DNA of 64,000 nucleotides from Priapulus caudatus (Eukaryota): the NCBI RefSeq assembly GCF_000485595.1, contig NW_014577067.1:585482-649481 (forward strand), read 5' to 3'. Below, piece by piece: positions 24,501 to 37,784 of the stretch. The notes beneath the pieces were generated by a model. That model had not been told where the DNA came from, ran no database searches, and was given only the letters and a program-made list of their open reading frames with translations. A program made the translations under genes and the position numbers. The stretch's first letter is position 1, and each line of letters begins with the position of its first letter.

Positions 24501-27500
24501 AAGTTATCAGACACTTACTCTTCGCACGTCAGTAGAAAGCACATTTCATAGTACTTTCAATAAAGTGATAAAAATGGTAGGTCAGCGCTGAAACAAAAAA
24601 GTTTTGCACTCGGTTCGTTAGGCCATGTCCTCAGAAAATGTCTGATATCTGACCTTTCCCCACTGCCCTTTGACCTGTGACCTCCAATTTCGCGCTGGTG
24701 AATGGTTTCCTCCTCATCACACTATACATCAAATATTAAGAGCGTAGGTCTAGCCGTTGAGATTTGTGCCGCAATTCCGTATGTCCTCCTATACCTTAAG
24801 TTAAGGGGCAAATATTCCCCCTCCATTGACACACCTTGACCTTTGACCCCCAAAATTCGACATCATGAGTCCTTTTCGCCAACTAACCCCGACGTCCCGA
24901 ATATCAAGACCGTACGTTGAGCGGTTAAGATTTGTGCCCAACTGTTGATGGACGCACGGACGGACAATCATGCGATTCTACAAGCTGCATCCGACTTCGT
25001 CAGCTGAGCTAAAAACTGTGATGTTGAAGCTAGAAAAGCCCAGCCTGCATAATTAATTAACCTAACTAGCTATATTAAACCTATAGCCATGTACTTACCT
25101 GTGCTGGGTGAAACACAGTAGTCATCTTCTACAGAATGCCCATAGACATCATAGTAACCCTCATAATCTGTAGATTAAAGTGAATATGGTAATAAAGGCT
25201 TATGATCTTTACTTAATCAAAGCAGCTTATCTACAAAGCAATTTTCTTAGGTTATTTAAAAAATATTTCCAAATAAGTTTAGTTAGGAATGACACTAACC
25301 GACCAACAACAGTATGCCAATAAATTTATGTGCTTTAAAAATCAGGGGCCGTTGTCAGAAACAAAATTAGTCTTAACATTAACTTCCACTCGTAAACCGT
25401 TGACATAAACATCGCAAAGAACTTTTACGAGAATGAAAAATATTCGAAAATATCCTCTTAAAGGCTCACAATGCGCATCCAAACGCTAATTTCTCCAGTA
25501 CTAGACTAGCAAATACTTCGTGTCATGCATAATCACACTACCTTATGACAAAATAAACTCTAGTTGCTCTCATTTCACTGCGCGTTTGCTTAAAACCAAC
25601 AAGAAAGAGGTGAGAAAACTGGCATTCTGGCGCAAACGCCGACTGTTTGCCAAACAATATAGTCTCGAAGTGGTGACGTGACGTCACATGTTTTTATCTT
25701 TGCGGCGCCCGTACCGCTGTACCGCAGCACCGCTGCACGGTTGCTTGGGGATTGGGGAAACTGTCAACAACATCGGAGAATTTCAACAACATTGGAGGTA
25801 TTTTCAAAATACCTTTTATAAGACAACGTGCAGTGAAATGGGAGGAACTAGAGTTTATTTTGTCATAAGGTAGTGTGATTATGCATGCCACGAAGTATTT
25901 GCTAGTTTAGTACTGGAGTAATTAGCGTTTTGATGCGCATTGTGAGCCTTTAACATTACGAGAGCCCAGACCATCTCGTAACTTTAATATCAAGATGAAA
26001 ACAACACATTTACAGTTACACTACGAATTACAATTATAGTGATATTAATATTATATTTTATAATAATGAATAAAATGTGTCTTTCTTTAAAAACACGTCA
26101 AAATCATTAATTATCTACCAATCATAAAACAAAACAAAACATTTACAAATGGCGTATGGCATTTGTTCTAGTTTTAATTGCCACGACTCTCGTGTCTCGT
26201 GTTACAGTGTGAGAATTTGTCTTGTTGTGCAGAATAAATGAATAAATTAATCATGAAATTCATGACCACGTCGTTTTTCATCAAATATTATTTATATGTG
26301 GTTAGCCATCATAATATGCATAAATTACTGTGATGTACAATAAATGTTTATGAATTTGAATTTTGTAATCGATTCTCATCCAATCAGCAGCCTTGTGATG
26401 AAGTTCCTGTTATCGTAAGTTTTCTAATAGCTGCGATGTGTTTCTGTCAACGCTCCTCTCATAACATTAACATTAGTCGTAAGTGTTATCTTAGCATTAA
26501 CATTAGCATTAACTTTACGATGTTTCTGACAACAGCTCCCAGGGTTTAAAAATTACCTTATTTACAGAGTGGTCAAATGGACTACTAGATAGTTTGAGCT
26601 CAGTGGTATAGTAGCCAGTAGGTAATTCTGGTAGTTCAGTATTTTTTCTATTTTTGTTATTTTATTTCTTCAAACCATTAAATGACTTGTAAACAAAAAT
26701 TAGAAATTTATTAGATAATTTTTATTGTTACAATTTGCCTCTGAAACAAGCTCATTCATAAATATTTGGTAACAGAGAAAGATTTGTTAACAATTTAACA
26801 ATTTATTGCTATATATGCTACATATTGGGTACAAGGAATTAGGAAGTGAATTTTATGGAATTTTCCATTAATTAGCTTTTGTGATATATTGCACTCAAGA
26901 ACGAGGAAACAGATTTAAGTTTCAGTTTAAGTTTAATGAGTTCAGCCACTTCAAAAATAAAGTTAAAACAAAGTGCAACAAGTGAGAATGAAATATTTAG
27001 GTCTGAACTCTGCTCAACATTGAAGTATAACGTTAAGCTATTTAGTTGTTTAGTAAATCCTGTTTATTAAAGGTAATTTATAATGTGTGGGTCACAGACA
27101 CTTGGAACGTCTTAATAAAAAAAAGTAATGGTAAATAAACACGAAATGTACCAAAGTCTTAATGTTTCTCTACTATATTTCGCCTATAAGCACCTGTAAA
27201 TGCCGGTCAAATGCTCACCTGCAACACACAAGTACACGGCACGCCCGCCCTGTGCTGCGTGCACAAACAACATGAATAAGAGAGCAGGTAGGAAAGCGGG
27301 ATTGAAAAATTCGTTCGACGCTCGCTTCATTTCACACGATCACAGAACGAAAACACATCCAACAGCTCCCATCTTGGTATCTATGTGTACATAAATGTTC
27401 ACTTGTTCGAATTATAAATCTGGCCTTTGTTCTTACCTACTCCCACCAGGGATATCTCGTGAAATCCTGCAGGAAATGTTCTCTCCGTGAAAATGTAAAG

Positions 27501-30450
27501 AGGACGAGATGTCTGTTTATACACGAGTAATAGGGTGCATTGCATGCCGGGATGAGCTGCTGCCGGCCTCCGAGCTCCGTTTCGAGGCCCGCCAAGCCAA
27601 GCACAATGCGCGCGGGCATGACGTCACGCACACACGACTACAGCGATCGATCGAAAGTAGCGCCGTTAGGAATTTTCGGATGATACGACCTCTTTACATT
27701 TTCACAGAGAGAACATTTCCTGCAGGATTTGACGAGATATCTCTGGCGGGAGTAGGTAAGAACAAAGGCCAGAGTTATAATTCGAACAAGTGAACATTTA
27801 TGTACACATAGATAACAAGATGGGAGCTTTTGGATGTGTTTTTTTGTTCTGTGATCGTGTGAAATGAAGCGAGCGTCAAACGAATTTTTCAATCCAGCTT
27901 TCCTACCTGCTCTCTTATTCATGTTGTTTGTGCACGCAGCACAGGGCGGGCGTGTGGTGTACTTGTGTGTTGCAGATGAGCATTTGACCGGCATTTACAG
28001 GTGATTATAGGCGAAATAGAGTAGAGAAACATTAAGACTTTGGGACGAGTGACGTGGTCGTTGCGATCGTTGTTTTCTTTGACGTTCTCATAGATAAAAA
28101 TGTCTCACAAGGCTATGTGATCCGCAGCAGCACAAAGTCGTGACACATAACTAGCCGTTCGTCTGCGGTCCGTACACCTGTTGGCACTACCGGTGCAGAG
28201 GGCCGTCCCTTGGCGATTCCTGGCGGCAGCTCTGGACAGCTTCTGGAGTAGAGGTGTCAACGATGGCCCCAGTTACCACCGGCGCAGGGTGTGCACCTTG
28301 CTCGAGCATGCTGTTGTATATGCCCAGGCCCGCCCCTTGAACAGACACATCTGTGCACAGGGAGATGAACCAGGCTCTCCACATTGTTGCATGCCCGCTG
28401 ACCTTTCGGGTCCGTTCCTGGGCGCGTCGAGTAGGAACTTCATATTCAGCGCCGAAGCATTTCCGTCTCAAAGCACCTGCTCTAATCGCGGCGGAGGTTG
28501 ATTTCTGGGTTGATACGGGTGTTGGCATGCATTGGCACCGCGCGCCGCAGTCTCCTCACTGCACTCTTGTCCACACTTCCCCGCTTCTTTCTGGGGACAC
28601 AACGAGAAGAACACCATTTCCTCAAGGGTTCTGTCCGTTTGGGGTCACCCCAAGCAACTCGACATTGACTTCTGAGTCAGCAATACCCTCTCACCAGTGC
28701 ATTGGGTAAGAGGTTGTCCTTAGATGATCTCATCACATCGGAGATGCGAAACAACATTGAGTGCAGTGGCGTACTACTTTTGCAAGTATGCCGTTGTACT
28801 GGCAGAGGAGCAGACCTGGCCTCGGAGGCTGGCCAAAAAATGGTCACTATTACACTCCGTCCACCAAGAGAAGTTGGGTCATCCTGCAATCAGTGTTTAT
28901 ATGGCGATGGCAACCGAGGTGCTCTCGTCCGCTTGACAGCCAGTCCTTGATGGCACGATCTAGAAGATCCCGCCTCTGCCGATAGGGTAACGACGTCCAC
29001 TCCGAAGGCCGCAGATCGCGCATGATGGTCTGTCGCGTAAATCAATGTCACACGCAGTAAAAATGCAGCTGGTGGCAGCACCATTGTCAGAAGAACGGCA
29101 CATCCCCGATTTTCGTACATATAATGCAATCCCAGTTGCTTTGGAATGATACCATTGATCTGGATCCAATCATCCAGCGATATGGTGGTGGTCTACTTTG
29201 ATGTCTTGAGGTGCTGATGGCACACTGGCGGGTGGCTAGTTCTGTCAGAATCTGGAGGGCGCAGGTTAGGGCCGCGTCAGAAGGCTTCGTCCAGGTCCTG
29301 CACGCCCAACCACAGCGCCGTCTATCTGGCACGTGCAAGTCGTGGCATCCTTTCAAAGTAGAGTAGCAAAGGCTTGTGGACAGATTTGAGATCAGCTTGA
29401 TGTCGACCCAGCGCAGCTGAGGTTGGATGAACACTTCCGAATATGTAGCAGTCATAAATAGAGTTACCATCTTCTTTGTTTATTTAACATAAAGGATGAC
29501 TGCTACACCTGGAATCACCCAGATACAGTATAATATTAGTTAAAATAACACGCAATGTACGNNNNNNNNNNNNNNNNNNNNNNNNNGAATAGTAGACGAA
29601 GTAATTAACGGTCCAGTATAACCTTTATTTTTATATTTTGGTGGGGTGTCATATTGGGACAGAACCGGTTTTCCATTTGAACATTTCGTGATCGTCGCTG
29701 CAAATGTCATGCGCTGCAATGCCGGCCCTGTAGCGGCGCTATCTGGCGGCTCGGAAAACAGAACTCTCCCCTAACCGGATTCTTCTACGATGGCTTTACC
29801 TCGCTCAATTCCAACAGAGATATGTAGTGACCTCTAGATCTCACTCATACGTATCCTCACTTTCTTGAAAAAGTATTCTGTTTTTCAGACACTCCAGCTT
29901 ACATATTACTTCGTAAATAACATTCGCCATTTTACAATCAGAACAATCAGAAGCAGTCAAGTGTATACAATAGCCTGGTTCTCGCTTTGCAAGGAGCCCT
30001 TGCTCGCTGTATCTGTGCGCTGCAGGTAGGGCAGATCAGACTCGCTCTGATCTAGTCTGATTGCGATTATGTACAATCTCGGCGAATGTTATTCTACGTA
30101 AGTTTTAATGAAGCGGAGCGTGTCTTGTAAATCAATCTTTTTACAGTATCACGTGCTCACGATTGAATGAATCCGTCTTTTACACATATCTACATTCTCA
30201 GCGCATGCATTTTGCATACGATCTCACGAAATTTCAATGAACCCCGTTCTGTCCCAATATAACCCTCACCAAAATATAAAAAAAAGGTTATATGGGACAG
30301 AATTATTCCGAATATTCGGTCTAGAGTCAGACTTAGACTTTTATCTTATTTATGAAGCAGAGTAACAAGTCGAGATTTAAACTTCACGCTTTTCTGGAAA
30401 TCACTACCTTCGCCAAAGTCCATCCCACGGACTTGTCTGTGTCTCGACAT
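12555..30450 (-). CDS. HBS1L: HBS1-like translational GTPase (ribosome rescue partner of Pelota), 17 coding exons, ~725 aa
   Basis: Phase-consistent GT-AG exons: 30450-30408, 25167-25099, 23942-23778, 23630-23484, 23052-23008, 19880-19717, 18442-18243, 16469-16322, 16064-15964, 15732-15620, 15192-15076, 14935-14702, 14468-14295, 14009-13810, 13561-13461, 13050-12906, 12566-12555 (2178 nt). N-term [31 protein letters not shown]1_N domain; GTPase motifs [28 protein letters not shown]-term [23 protein letters not shown]. Confidence 0.95.
16549..18112 (+). mobile_element. HINE-family copy in HBS1L intron 7, with nested insertion 17397-17893
   Basis: 5' aacaagagctgcagagcgtctgggctcatctga, conserved core, 3' ctgactacgtcagatgagctaaaa; the insert has TIRs tattgcgaga / tctcgcaata next to TTAA. 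Confidence 0.7.
16925..16990 (-). repeat. Degenerate tRNA-derived (SINE-head-like) sequence
   Basis: Minus strand ggatagccgaacgcg..(A-box-like)..ggatcgaatccc (B-box-like); no clean cloverleaf. Confidence 0.4.
18570..19511. mobile_element. Non-autonomous DNA transposon, CAGTGCTCGAAATAAG TIR, 5-bp TSD CTTGG
   Basis: cttgg|cagtgctcgaaataag ... cttatttcgagcactg|cttgg; subterminal GTTGTCC repeats. Confidence 0.75.
20024..20029 (-). terminator. Intronic polyadenylation signal AATAAA for the SKI7-like isoform
   Basis: TTTATT on + strand, 75 nt after the exon stop and ~140 nt before the next constitutive acceptor (19881). Confidence 0.6.
20105..22686 (-). CDS. HBS1L: Alternative terminal exon of HBS1L encoding a SKI7-like (HBS1LV3-type) exosome-binding isoform
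   Basis: 859-codon open frame in intron 5, same strand, phase-1 compatible; motifs [16 protein letters not shown] (~20793-20825) and [24 protein letters not shown] (~20156-20230); AATAAA at 20029-20024. Acceptor most likely 22686 (alternative 22608). Confidence 0.85.
21065..21610 (-). repeat. Coding tandem repeat, 63 bp / 21 aa ([21 protein letters not shown]), ~8-9 copies
   Basis: Visible in DNA (gatgacaatgaaaactgggagggcggagggttggtagtcttacaatctggtgatgatgccaga) and in the 859-aa translation. Confidence 0.95.
24121..25015 (+). mobile_element. HINE-family copy in HBS1L intron 2
   Basis: Same 5' aacaagtgccgcagagcgacagcgctc, core and 3' hairpin/A-run as 9685-11172. Confidence 0.75.
25346..26539. 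mobile_element. Harbinger-like MITE (GG(A)GCYGTTGTCAGAAAC TIR, CAG flanks) containing a nested element
   Basis: cag|gggccgttgtcagaaac ... gtttctgacaacagctcc|cag. Confidence 0.55.
25462..25949. mobile_element. Kolobok-like MITE (TTAA TSD, AG..CT ends, ~105-bp TIR)
   Basis: ttaa|aggctcacaatgcgcatc... ...gatgcgcattgtgagcct|ttaa. Confidence 0.8.
28100..29470 (-). mobile_element. Possible degenerate non-LTR retrotransposon (RT / C-terminal zinc finger) fragment in noisy sequence
   Basis: Frame-broken peptides IQINGII..(VR)..GC and [11 protein letters not shown] resemble L1/Tx1 RT and zf-RVT segments. Confidence 0.3.
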
Positions 30451-33356
30451 TTTGACGTGTATGTTCCAATTACGGTTTCACTTAAATTTATATTCTTTTA
30501 TGAAACCGATGCACTTTTACATCGTCACCAGTCGCCGCCATTTTTTTAAGGGAAGTTTGCTGACTATTCATCTCACATGTAAAAGTATATTATACATTTA
30601 TTACTACAATGGTAAAAATACAGAAGTTCTGCTCATATCCCGATTTATAATATATATAAATAAACTACTGTGATTTTATCCCAAACAAGGTTAATAACAC
30701 ATGTATATCATTTATACAATCACCGAATCAGCGCTAGATTATTAAACATGCTCATTTGTTTGCGAGCACTGTATCTCAGAACATAGCTCAGAAGCAAAGA
30801 AGGCTATGGTACTGTACACGAGTTACGTGGACTGCTTCGACTTTGGCGTCGTGTGGTTGTGTTTCTTGTTTGTTGTCATGCCGCTTGTCAGTTATTAAAA
30901 CACAACACACTGGGCTTATAGTTCTGTATCCAATTTAAATTATTGCGTTGATTCATCAAGTCCTCATGCTAAGGTTCGTTAGGCCTCCAACCGAGGAAAC
31001 ACAACCGTCACAGCGTCCTACGGAGTACGAAACTCTTGTTCAGTCGTCATTCAATTTCAGTTAGGCTCTGTCCGTTCGGATCCGCAGGCACAACCCAGCG
31101 AGGCAAAGTCAGTGAGCTAACAAATTCAGTGAAGCTTGTATGTTCTATGTTGGCTGTGGAGGGTTTTTCTGTGTATTGTTTAAGTATCAACCTGAGTGAT
31201 GGATTTTTGCCACAGCAATACAGTAATTTTAATACTTCATCTTGATACGGCTTTGGGGAGGGACAATTCCAGTCACGGGATGTGGTTCCGTTACCGAATA
31301 GCACTACTGTCACTAGCGATGACCGCCATACCACGCAGCACACGCCCTCGCGGCACAGCTACTCGGGCAGCCCGTGATGGGTCCGTCTTGTTGCTTCACA
31401 CCCAAGGAGTCAGGGGCGCAGATCGTTTGGCGCGAGAGTTTGAAGAGGCGTTTCGCACATGTCCTACCCTAAGGCCTATTAGTATTACAACATTTACACC
31501 ACGTCGTAGCGTAACTACAATTGCGATTCCTGCAGGTGGGGCAGGACGTGTCTCTATGGGGTAAAGTTGATAGGGCTAACAGAAATAGAGGCCGGGTCCT
31601 AATGTTCGGCCCCAGGGTACTCGCCGGAACGTACCCTGGGTTACGGTCCCGGTATACCGGAACGTACCGCACTGGTAACAATCGATAATGGTTAGGGAGT
31701 AGGCGTAAGGCGACTCCTAACAGCTCGTTAGTGGATTGTGATGGAAGATTACGAGTCTGGCATATTAGATACGGATAACCGGAGCAGACAAGAAATCCAG
31801 CTGTTAATCTTATATGAATCTGGTTAGCTCCAGAGGTATCTGTGTCTGGCTATGAAGGCCGGACCGGCGTACCCTAGTGGTACGTTCCCGGCGGAAGAGC
31901 CCTGGGGGGCATAGCCCTCCTCATCTGGAGTGATATCTTACTATGACAATGGTGATGAACTGATTTCCTTGAATATAAATACATGACTAGTGTATTGAAT
32001 CTATGAGCTATTAGAACACTCAGGGCCAAATTCTAAAATCTGCAGCGGGAGAAAAAAGATGTGTTAACTTCCATTTATTTTGTATATACCAGAGAGCGTC
32101 TTTAGCTGGAGTGTTGGGGGAGTTTTAATTGCAATGTGTAAACATTGAAAGAGTTTGAGCTGAGAAGGGAGGGTGCTTTTACATGGTAGGAATTAGGATT
32201 TGTGGCGCAGAGTGGGAGCACGCATGCATGCACACAGTGCACGCACAACACACACGCACACACACACGCAACACACACACAGGTTACTTCATACTACAAC
32301 GATAGAGGATTTCGGTTGCAGAGGCCGTAGGCTGAGCAAATTCTTAGGGGTGGTGGTGCAAGAGCAGGAGAGAGTTCGCCTGAAGTCCCAAGGATTTCAA
32401 GGAGGGTGACAAACAGGGTGGGGAGTCTACCAACACAAAAATTTTGAAAATGTAGATCGGGGCAGGAGACGGGATGTTGAAGGCACTTTTGAGTACATTA
32501 TAGCAGGGTGAGCCTTCAATTTCTGACAACAGACAACTTCTCATTGCTAGAACAATTGTTGTTTTAATTTTGCTCCAAAATCTTAGGGCAGCTTGCCCCC
32601 TTCACCTCGCCCCCCCCCCCGCAGCTACGGGCCCTGCATTGTGATTTGAGTTGCTGAGAGATGATTTTATAATATATGTCACATGGTTAAATATCAATGT
32701 GGTATATATGTGGCATGCATACCATCAGTTTGGCTACATTTAAACACTCACGAGCAGATTTTCTTTGTGAGTCCATGCTCTTAACTACTGTGAAATCAAC
32801 TCCATTGTCTCATTGCGCATCGAAAGTCATTGTGCCAGTTTTTCGCTGAAGTTGTTTTAATACTATTTATGTTCATCTTTTTTATTTGTTGCCGTATAGT
32901 AATATTTGTTTTGTAGGTTAGAGTTATCACTAGGAGTTCGAGAGTAGAGTAGGAAGTAGAGTTATCACTAAGTCGTTAGACTTAGGTTGCCAAGAGACGT
33001 TATATCTTATCAGAGCATTACAAAGGGATATTCTGCTTATTCCTCAACAGGATACACTTGCTTTCTATTGTGATCACAGTCGTGTAGCCAGGGACCCGTC
33101 TACCCGTCTTGTTGACGGCCTATTCTGGATGGGCAACAGATGAAAAATTTATAGAAACGGCATGCGCGCGAACCAAATTTTAGCAACCTGCATGAAAATA
33201 AAATTGTGTTTTTCGCGCTCCCCCTCCCCCTAGGGTGCTTAGCACCCGGCAAGACAGATCCTCGCTTCGCTCAGAGGGCGGGACTCCCGGATTTAATTTC
33301 TTAGCTATGACACACCATTGATTGTGATGTGGCATCGCTAATGTTATCGGTGGTTG
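29650..33356. other. Noisy duplicate of ~35050-38460 between two N-gaps (includes HBS1L exon 1)
   Basis: Colinear, indel-rich similarity; bounded by N runs at 29562-29586 and 33357-33381. Confidence 0.85.
30535..30544. promoter_or_regulatory. YY1-type motif CCGCCATTTT in the HBS1L 5' region (second copy ~36096-36105)
   Basis: Matches the YY1 consensus CCGCCATNTT, ~85 nt upstream of the ATG. Confidence 0.45.
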
Positions 33357-34332
33357 NNNNNNNNNNNNNNNNNNNNNNNNNCATTAAGACTTTGGTACAT
33401 TTCGTGTTTATTTACCATTAATTTTTTTTATTGAGACGTTCCAAGTGCCTGTGGTGTGGGTGAAGTCTAAGTTTAGTTTCCAATTGCACATGTGTATACG
33501 GTTGACGGAATTGATTTAGTAGACTAGGACAAATTCAGAATAGTGTTATTGACAAAATGCCCATATGTCATGTGATTTCTAACTGCCGTGTTGGCAATTT
33601 ACTTGCTTATTCTTAGGTAAACTGTAAAGGCATTTCCATGGTAAGCGTGTTAATACCGGGAGTAATACATCAGCGCGCTGACATAGGCATAGCACTTAGC
33701 ACATATATAGTATATAGCACATATCATTTGATCTGTTAATAACTAGCTTCTCTATAAATATGTATTCATTAACGTATCATAAACGTATGCACTTAGCCTG
33801 TTTTGTTATAAATTACACTCAAGACTGTTTAATTATATGGTCATTACTGTAAATATTCTGCTCAAATTTGTTTGATTTTTGGAATTATCTCTGCTTATAT
33901 CTTGCATAACATGCAAGCAATTGTTGATCATGTAATTTTCGGATCTTCATACTTGTATTTATTCCACACTGTTTTCAGCTACACATTTAAAGTTCACTTA
34001 TAGCTAAAATATTATAGTAAATCACTATTATACACATTTATATCACATTTTATTTTTATTATTTTATATTTTTATTATTATCACATTTATAATTTTTTTT
34101 TCTAGAGGATGGCTGACATGATGACCGTATGGTCTTTTCGCCATCCTTTCGCTGTATTGTTTTCTTTATTTACCTTGTTAATTTTTGTTCTATGCTGTGC
34201 GCGATAGGGGTGGATGCGTTTATGTCGCCGGAGACACTCTAGCCAAAAATTTATTCACGACTCACAATCAACCGTACGCCTACTGGTAGTACTGCTAACT
34301 AATAACTTAGAAGTTAGAGTTAGAGTCAGACT

Positions 34333-35882
34333 TAGACCGAATAATTCTGTCCCATATAACCTTTTTTATATTTTGGTGAGGGTTATATTGGGACAGAACG
34401 GGGTTCATTGAAATTTCGTGAGATCGTATGCAAAATGCATGCGCTGAGAATGTAGACCGAATAATTCTGTCCCATATAACCTTTTTTATATTTTGGTGAG
34501 GGTTATATTGGGACAGAACGGGGTTCATTGAAATTTCGTGAGATCGCATGCAAAATGCATGCGCTGCTAATGCGGCCCGTACGCCGCTATTGGTGCAAAA
34601 AAAACCTACCGTTCCCTTCTACATGGCTTTCCCTTGCTACTGATGTGTGTATACATTCAGTTCAATCATTATTCACTTCTTAAAAGATTGTTTTTCATAA
34701 ACACCGCTTCGTTCAACTTTCCTAAATTACATGGCCATTTACAAACAATCAGACCAATCACAGCGAGTCTATCAGGCCTCCTGCAGCGCCACAGATACAA
34801 GCGAGAACCAGGGGCTATTGTAAGACTCGCACTGATTGATCTGATTGTTTGTAAATGGCGATGTAATTTAGGAAAGTTGAACGAAGCGGTGTTTATGAAA
34901 AACAATCTTTTAAGAAGTGAATAACGATTGAAGTGAATGTATACACATATCAGTAGCAAGGTAAAGCCATGTAGAAGGGAACGGTAGGTTTTTTTTCGCG
35001 CCAATAGCGGCGTACGGGCCGCATTCTCAGTAGACCGAATAATTCTGTCCCATATAACCTTTTTTATATTTTGATGAGGGTTATATTGGGACAGAACGGG
35101 GTTCATTGAAATTTCGTGAGATCGCATGCCAAATGCATGCGCTGCGAATGCGGCCCGTACGCCGCTATTGGCGCGAAAAAACCCCTACCGTTTCCTTCTA
35201 CATGACTTTACCTTGCTACAGATATGTGTATACATTCACTTCAATCGTTATTCACTTCTTAAAAGATTGTTTTTCAGACACGCCGCGCTTCATTAACTTT
35301 CGTAAATAACATTCGCCAATTTACAAACAATCAGACCAAATCAGAGCGAGTCTATCTGCCCTGCCTGCAGCGCACAGATACAGGCGAGCAAGGGCTCCTT
35401 GCAAGCGAGAACGCAGGCTATTGTAACACTCGCTCTGATGTGGTCTGATGTTTGTAAATGGCGAATGTTATTTACGAAAGTTAAATGAAGCCGGAGTGTC
35501 TGAAAAACAATCTTTTAAGAAGTGAATAACGATTGAAGTGAAATGTATACACATTATCTGTATGCGAAGGTAAAGCCATGTAGAAGAAACGGTAAGGGGT
35601 TTTTTCGCCGCCAATAGCCGTACAGGCCGCATTTGCAGCGCATGCATTTTGCATGCGATCTCACGAAATTTCAATGAACCCGTTCTGTCCAATATAACCC
35701 TCACCAAAATATAAAAAAGGTTATATGGGACCGAATTATTCGGTCTAAACTTCTCAGCGCATGCATTTTGCATGCGAACTTCACGAAATTTCAATGAACC
35801 CTTCTGTCCCAATATAACCCTCACCAAAATATTAAAAAAAGATTAGGCCTATATGGACAGATTATTCCGAATATTCGGTCTA
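34333..35882. mobile_element. Fold-back MITE complex (TAGACCGAATAATTC TIR, 10-bp TSD GAGTCAGACT; MULE-like)
   Basis: gagtcagact|tagaccgaa ... ttcggtcta|gagtcagact; internal long palindromes (~34570-35030, ~35031-35745) and 120-bp tandem terminal duplications. Confidence 0.7.
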
Positions 35883-35969
35883 GAGTCAGACTTAGACTTT
35901 TATCTTATTATATGAAGGCAGAGTAACAAAGTCGAGATTTAAACTTCACGCTTTTCTGGAAATCACTAC

Positions 35970-36012
35970 CTTCGCCAAATCCATCCCACGGACTTGTCTG
36001 GTGTCTCGACAT
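35970..36012 (-). CDS. HBS1L: Second copy of HBS1L coding exon 1 (two compensating indels); probably the true genomic position
   Basis: atgtcgagacac(c)agacaagtccgtgggatgga(-)tttggcgaag|gtagtg. Confidence 0.6.
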
Positions 36013-36911
36013 TTTGACTGTATGTTCCAATTACGGTTTCACTTAAATTTATATTCTTTTATGAAACCGATGCACTTTTACATCGTCACCAGTCGCCGCC
36101 ATTTTTTTTAAGGAAGTTTGCTGACTATTCAGCTCACATGTAAAAGTATATTATACATTTATTACTACAATGGTAAAAATACAGAAGTTCTGCTGCATAT
36201 CCCGATTTATAATATATTAAATAAACTACTGTGATTTTATCCCAAACAAGGTTAATAACACATGTATATCATTTATACAATCACCGAATCAGCGCTAGAT
36301 TATTAAACATGCTCATTTGTTTGCGAGCACTGTATCTCAGAAGCAAAGAGCTATGGTACTGTACAGAGTACGTACTGCCTACTGGTTCGATTGGCGTCGG
36401 TGTGGTTGTGTTATTGTTGGTTGTCATGCCGCTTGCAGTTATTTAAAACACAACACACTGGGCTTATAGTTGCTGTAGTCCAATTTAAATTATGCGTTGA
36501 TTCATCCAAGTCCTCATCTAGAGGGTTCGTTAGGCTCAACCGAGGAAACAACACACCGTCACACGTCCCTACGAGTACGATCTTCTTGTTCAGCGTCATT
36601 CAATTTCAGTTTAGGCCTTCCTTCGTCCGCAGCACAACCACAGGCAAGTAGTGAGCTAACAAATTAGTGAAGCTGTATGCTATGTTGTGATTTTTCTTTT
36701 GTTTAATCACTGTATATTTTTACACAATTAAATCATCTTGAAGGTTGCAGCATCCAGACAGTCGGTTACCATGCACTACTGTCACTAGCATACCGCCATA
36801 CCCCGCAGCACACATTGTCCTACCCTAGGCCTATTACTATTAGTATTAGTATTACAACATGTTACACACGTCATAGCGTAACTACAACATTGGTGTTGTA
36901 GGGTAAGTGAA

Positions 36912-37201
36912 GCTCATAGGGTCTATGTCCCCCAGGGTACTGCCGGAACGTACCCTGGGTACGGTCCGGTATACCGGAACGTACCCTGGTAACAATCTGA
37001 TATGGTTAGGGAGTAGGCGTAGGCGACTCCCTACACTCGTTAGTGGAGTAGGCGTGGTACGGTCTGGCATATTAGATAGTACCAGCAGAGCATATAAATC
37101 ACGTTAATTTATATGATCTGGTACCAGGGTACGTTCCGGTATACCGGACCGTACCCAGTGTACGTTCCGGCAGTACCCTGGGGGGCATAGACCCTCTCAG
37201 C
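36912..37201. mobile_element. MULE-like MITE (GCTCATAGGGTCTATG TIR, 9-bp TSD)
   Basis: Flanks gtaagtgaa / gtgagtgaa; internal GTACC/CCGG palindromes; sister copy at 61855-62086. Confidence 0.75.
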
Positions 37202-37503
37202 GTGAGTGAAGCTAACTTGACAAGTGTGATGACTGATTTCTTGATTTAAATACATGACTAGTGTATGATTATGAGTATGAGAACAATAGGCGCAAATCTA
37301 AACTTCTGCAGCGGTAGAAAAGATGGTTTATTCTATATATTTGTATATATACTCTTAGCATGTTGGGGTTTTAATCAATGTTAAACAGTGAAATTTGACT
37401 AGGGGAGGTCTTACATGGGAGGAAATGGATTTGCCAGATGCACGCATGCATGCACACATGCACGCACACACACACGCACACACACACGTACTCTACTACA
37501 TTG

Positions 37504-37784
37504 CAGAGCCGTAGGCTGAGCAAATTCTTAGGGGGGGCAGTGGCGGATACAGGATTTCAAGGAGGGGGTGACAAACAGGTGGGGGAGTCCTACCACAGAA
37601 AATTTTGAAAATGTAGATCGCAGGAGAGGGTATTTGAGGCACTTTTGAGTACATGTATACAGCCTTCATTCTGACTACGACAATTCTCATTTCTAGTAGA
37701 ACAATTTGTTGTTTTAATTTTGTTCCAAAATCTAGGGGGGCAGCTGCCCCCTTCACCTCCCCCCCCCCGCAGGCTACGGCCCTG
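37504..37784. mobile_element. CAG..CTG MITE with 5-bp TSD CATTG
   Basis: cattg|cagagccgtagg ... ctacggccctg|cattg; inner segment shared with 18943-19100. Confidence 0.65.

Larger units (their letters stand above)
27093..33453. mobile_element. P-element-like fold-back MITE (CACAG..CTGTG, 8-bp TSD GTGTGGGT); right arm split at 28043/33382
   Basis: TSD at 27085-27092 and 33454-33461; ~400-bp inverted arms 27093-27500 versus 27690-28043 plus 33382-33453. Confidence 0.8.

Noticed and set aside
34307..35827. Mirror-image ORFs on both strands
   Set aside because: Products of fold-back MITE palindromes with no protein similarity I recognise.
30408..36012. Two genuine alternative first exons or a tandem duplication of the HBS1L promoter
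   Set aside because: The copies differ mainly by scattered single-base indels, one sits between N-gaps, and it interrupts a MITE whose ends rejoin exactly.
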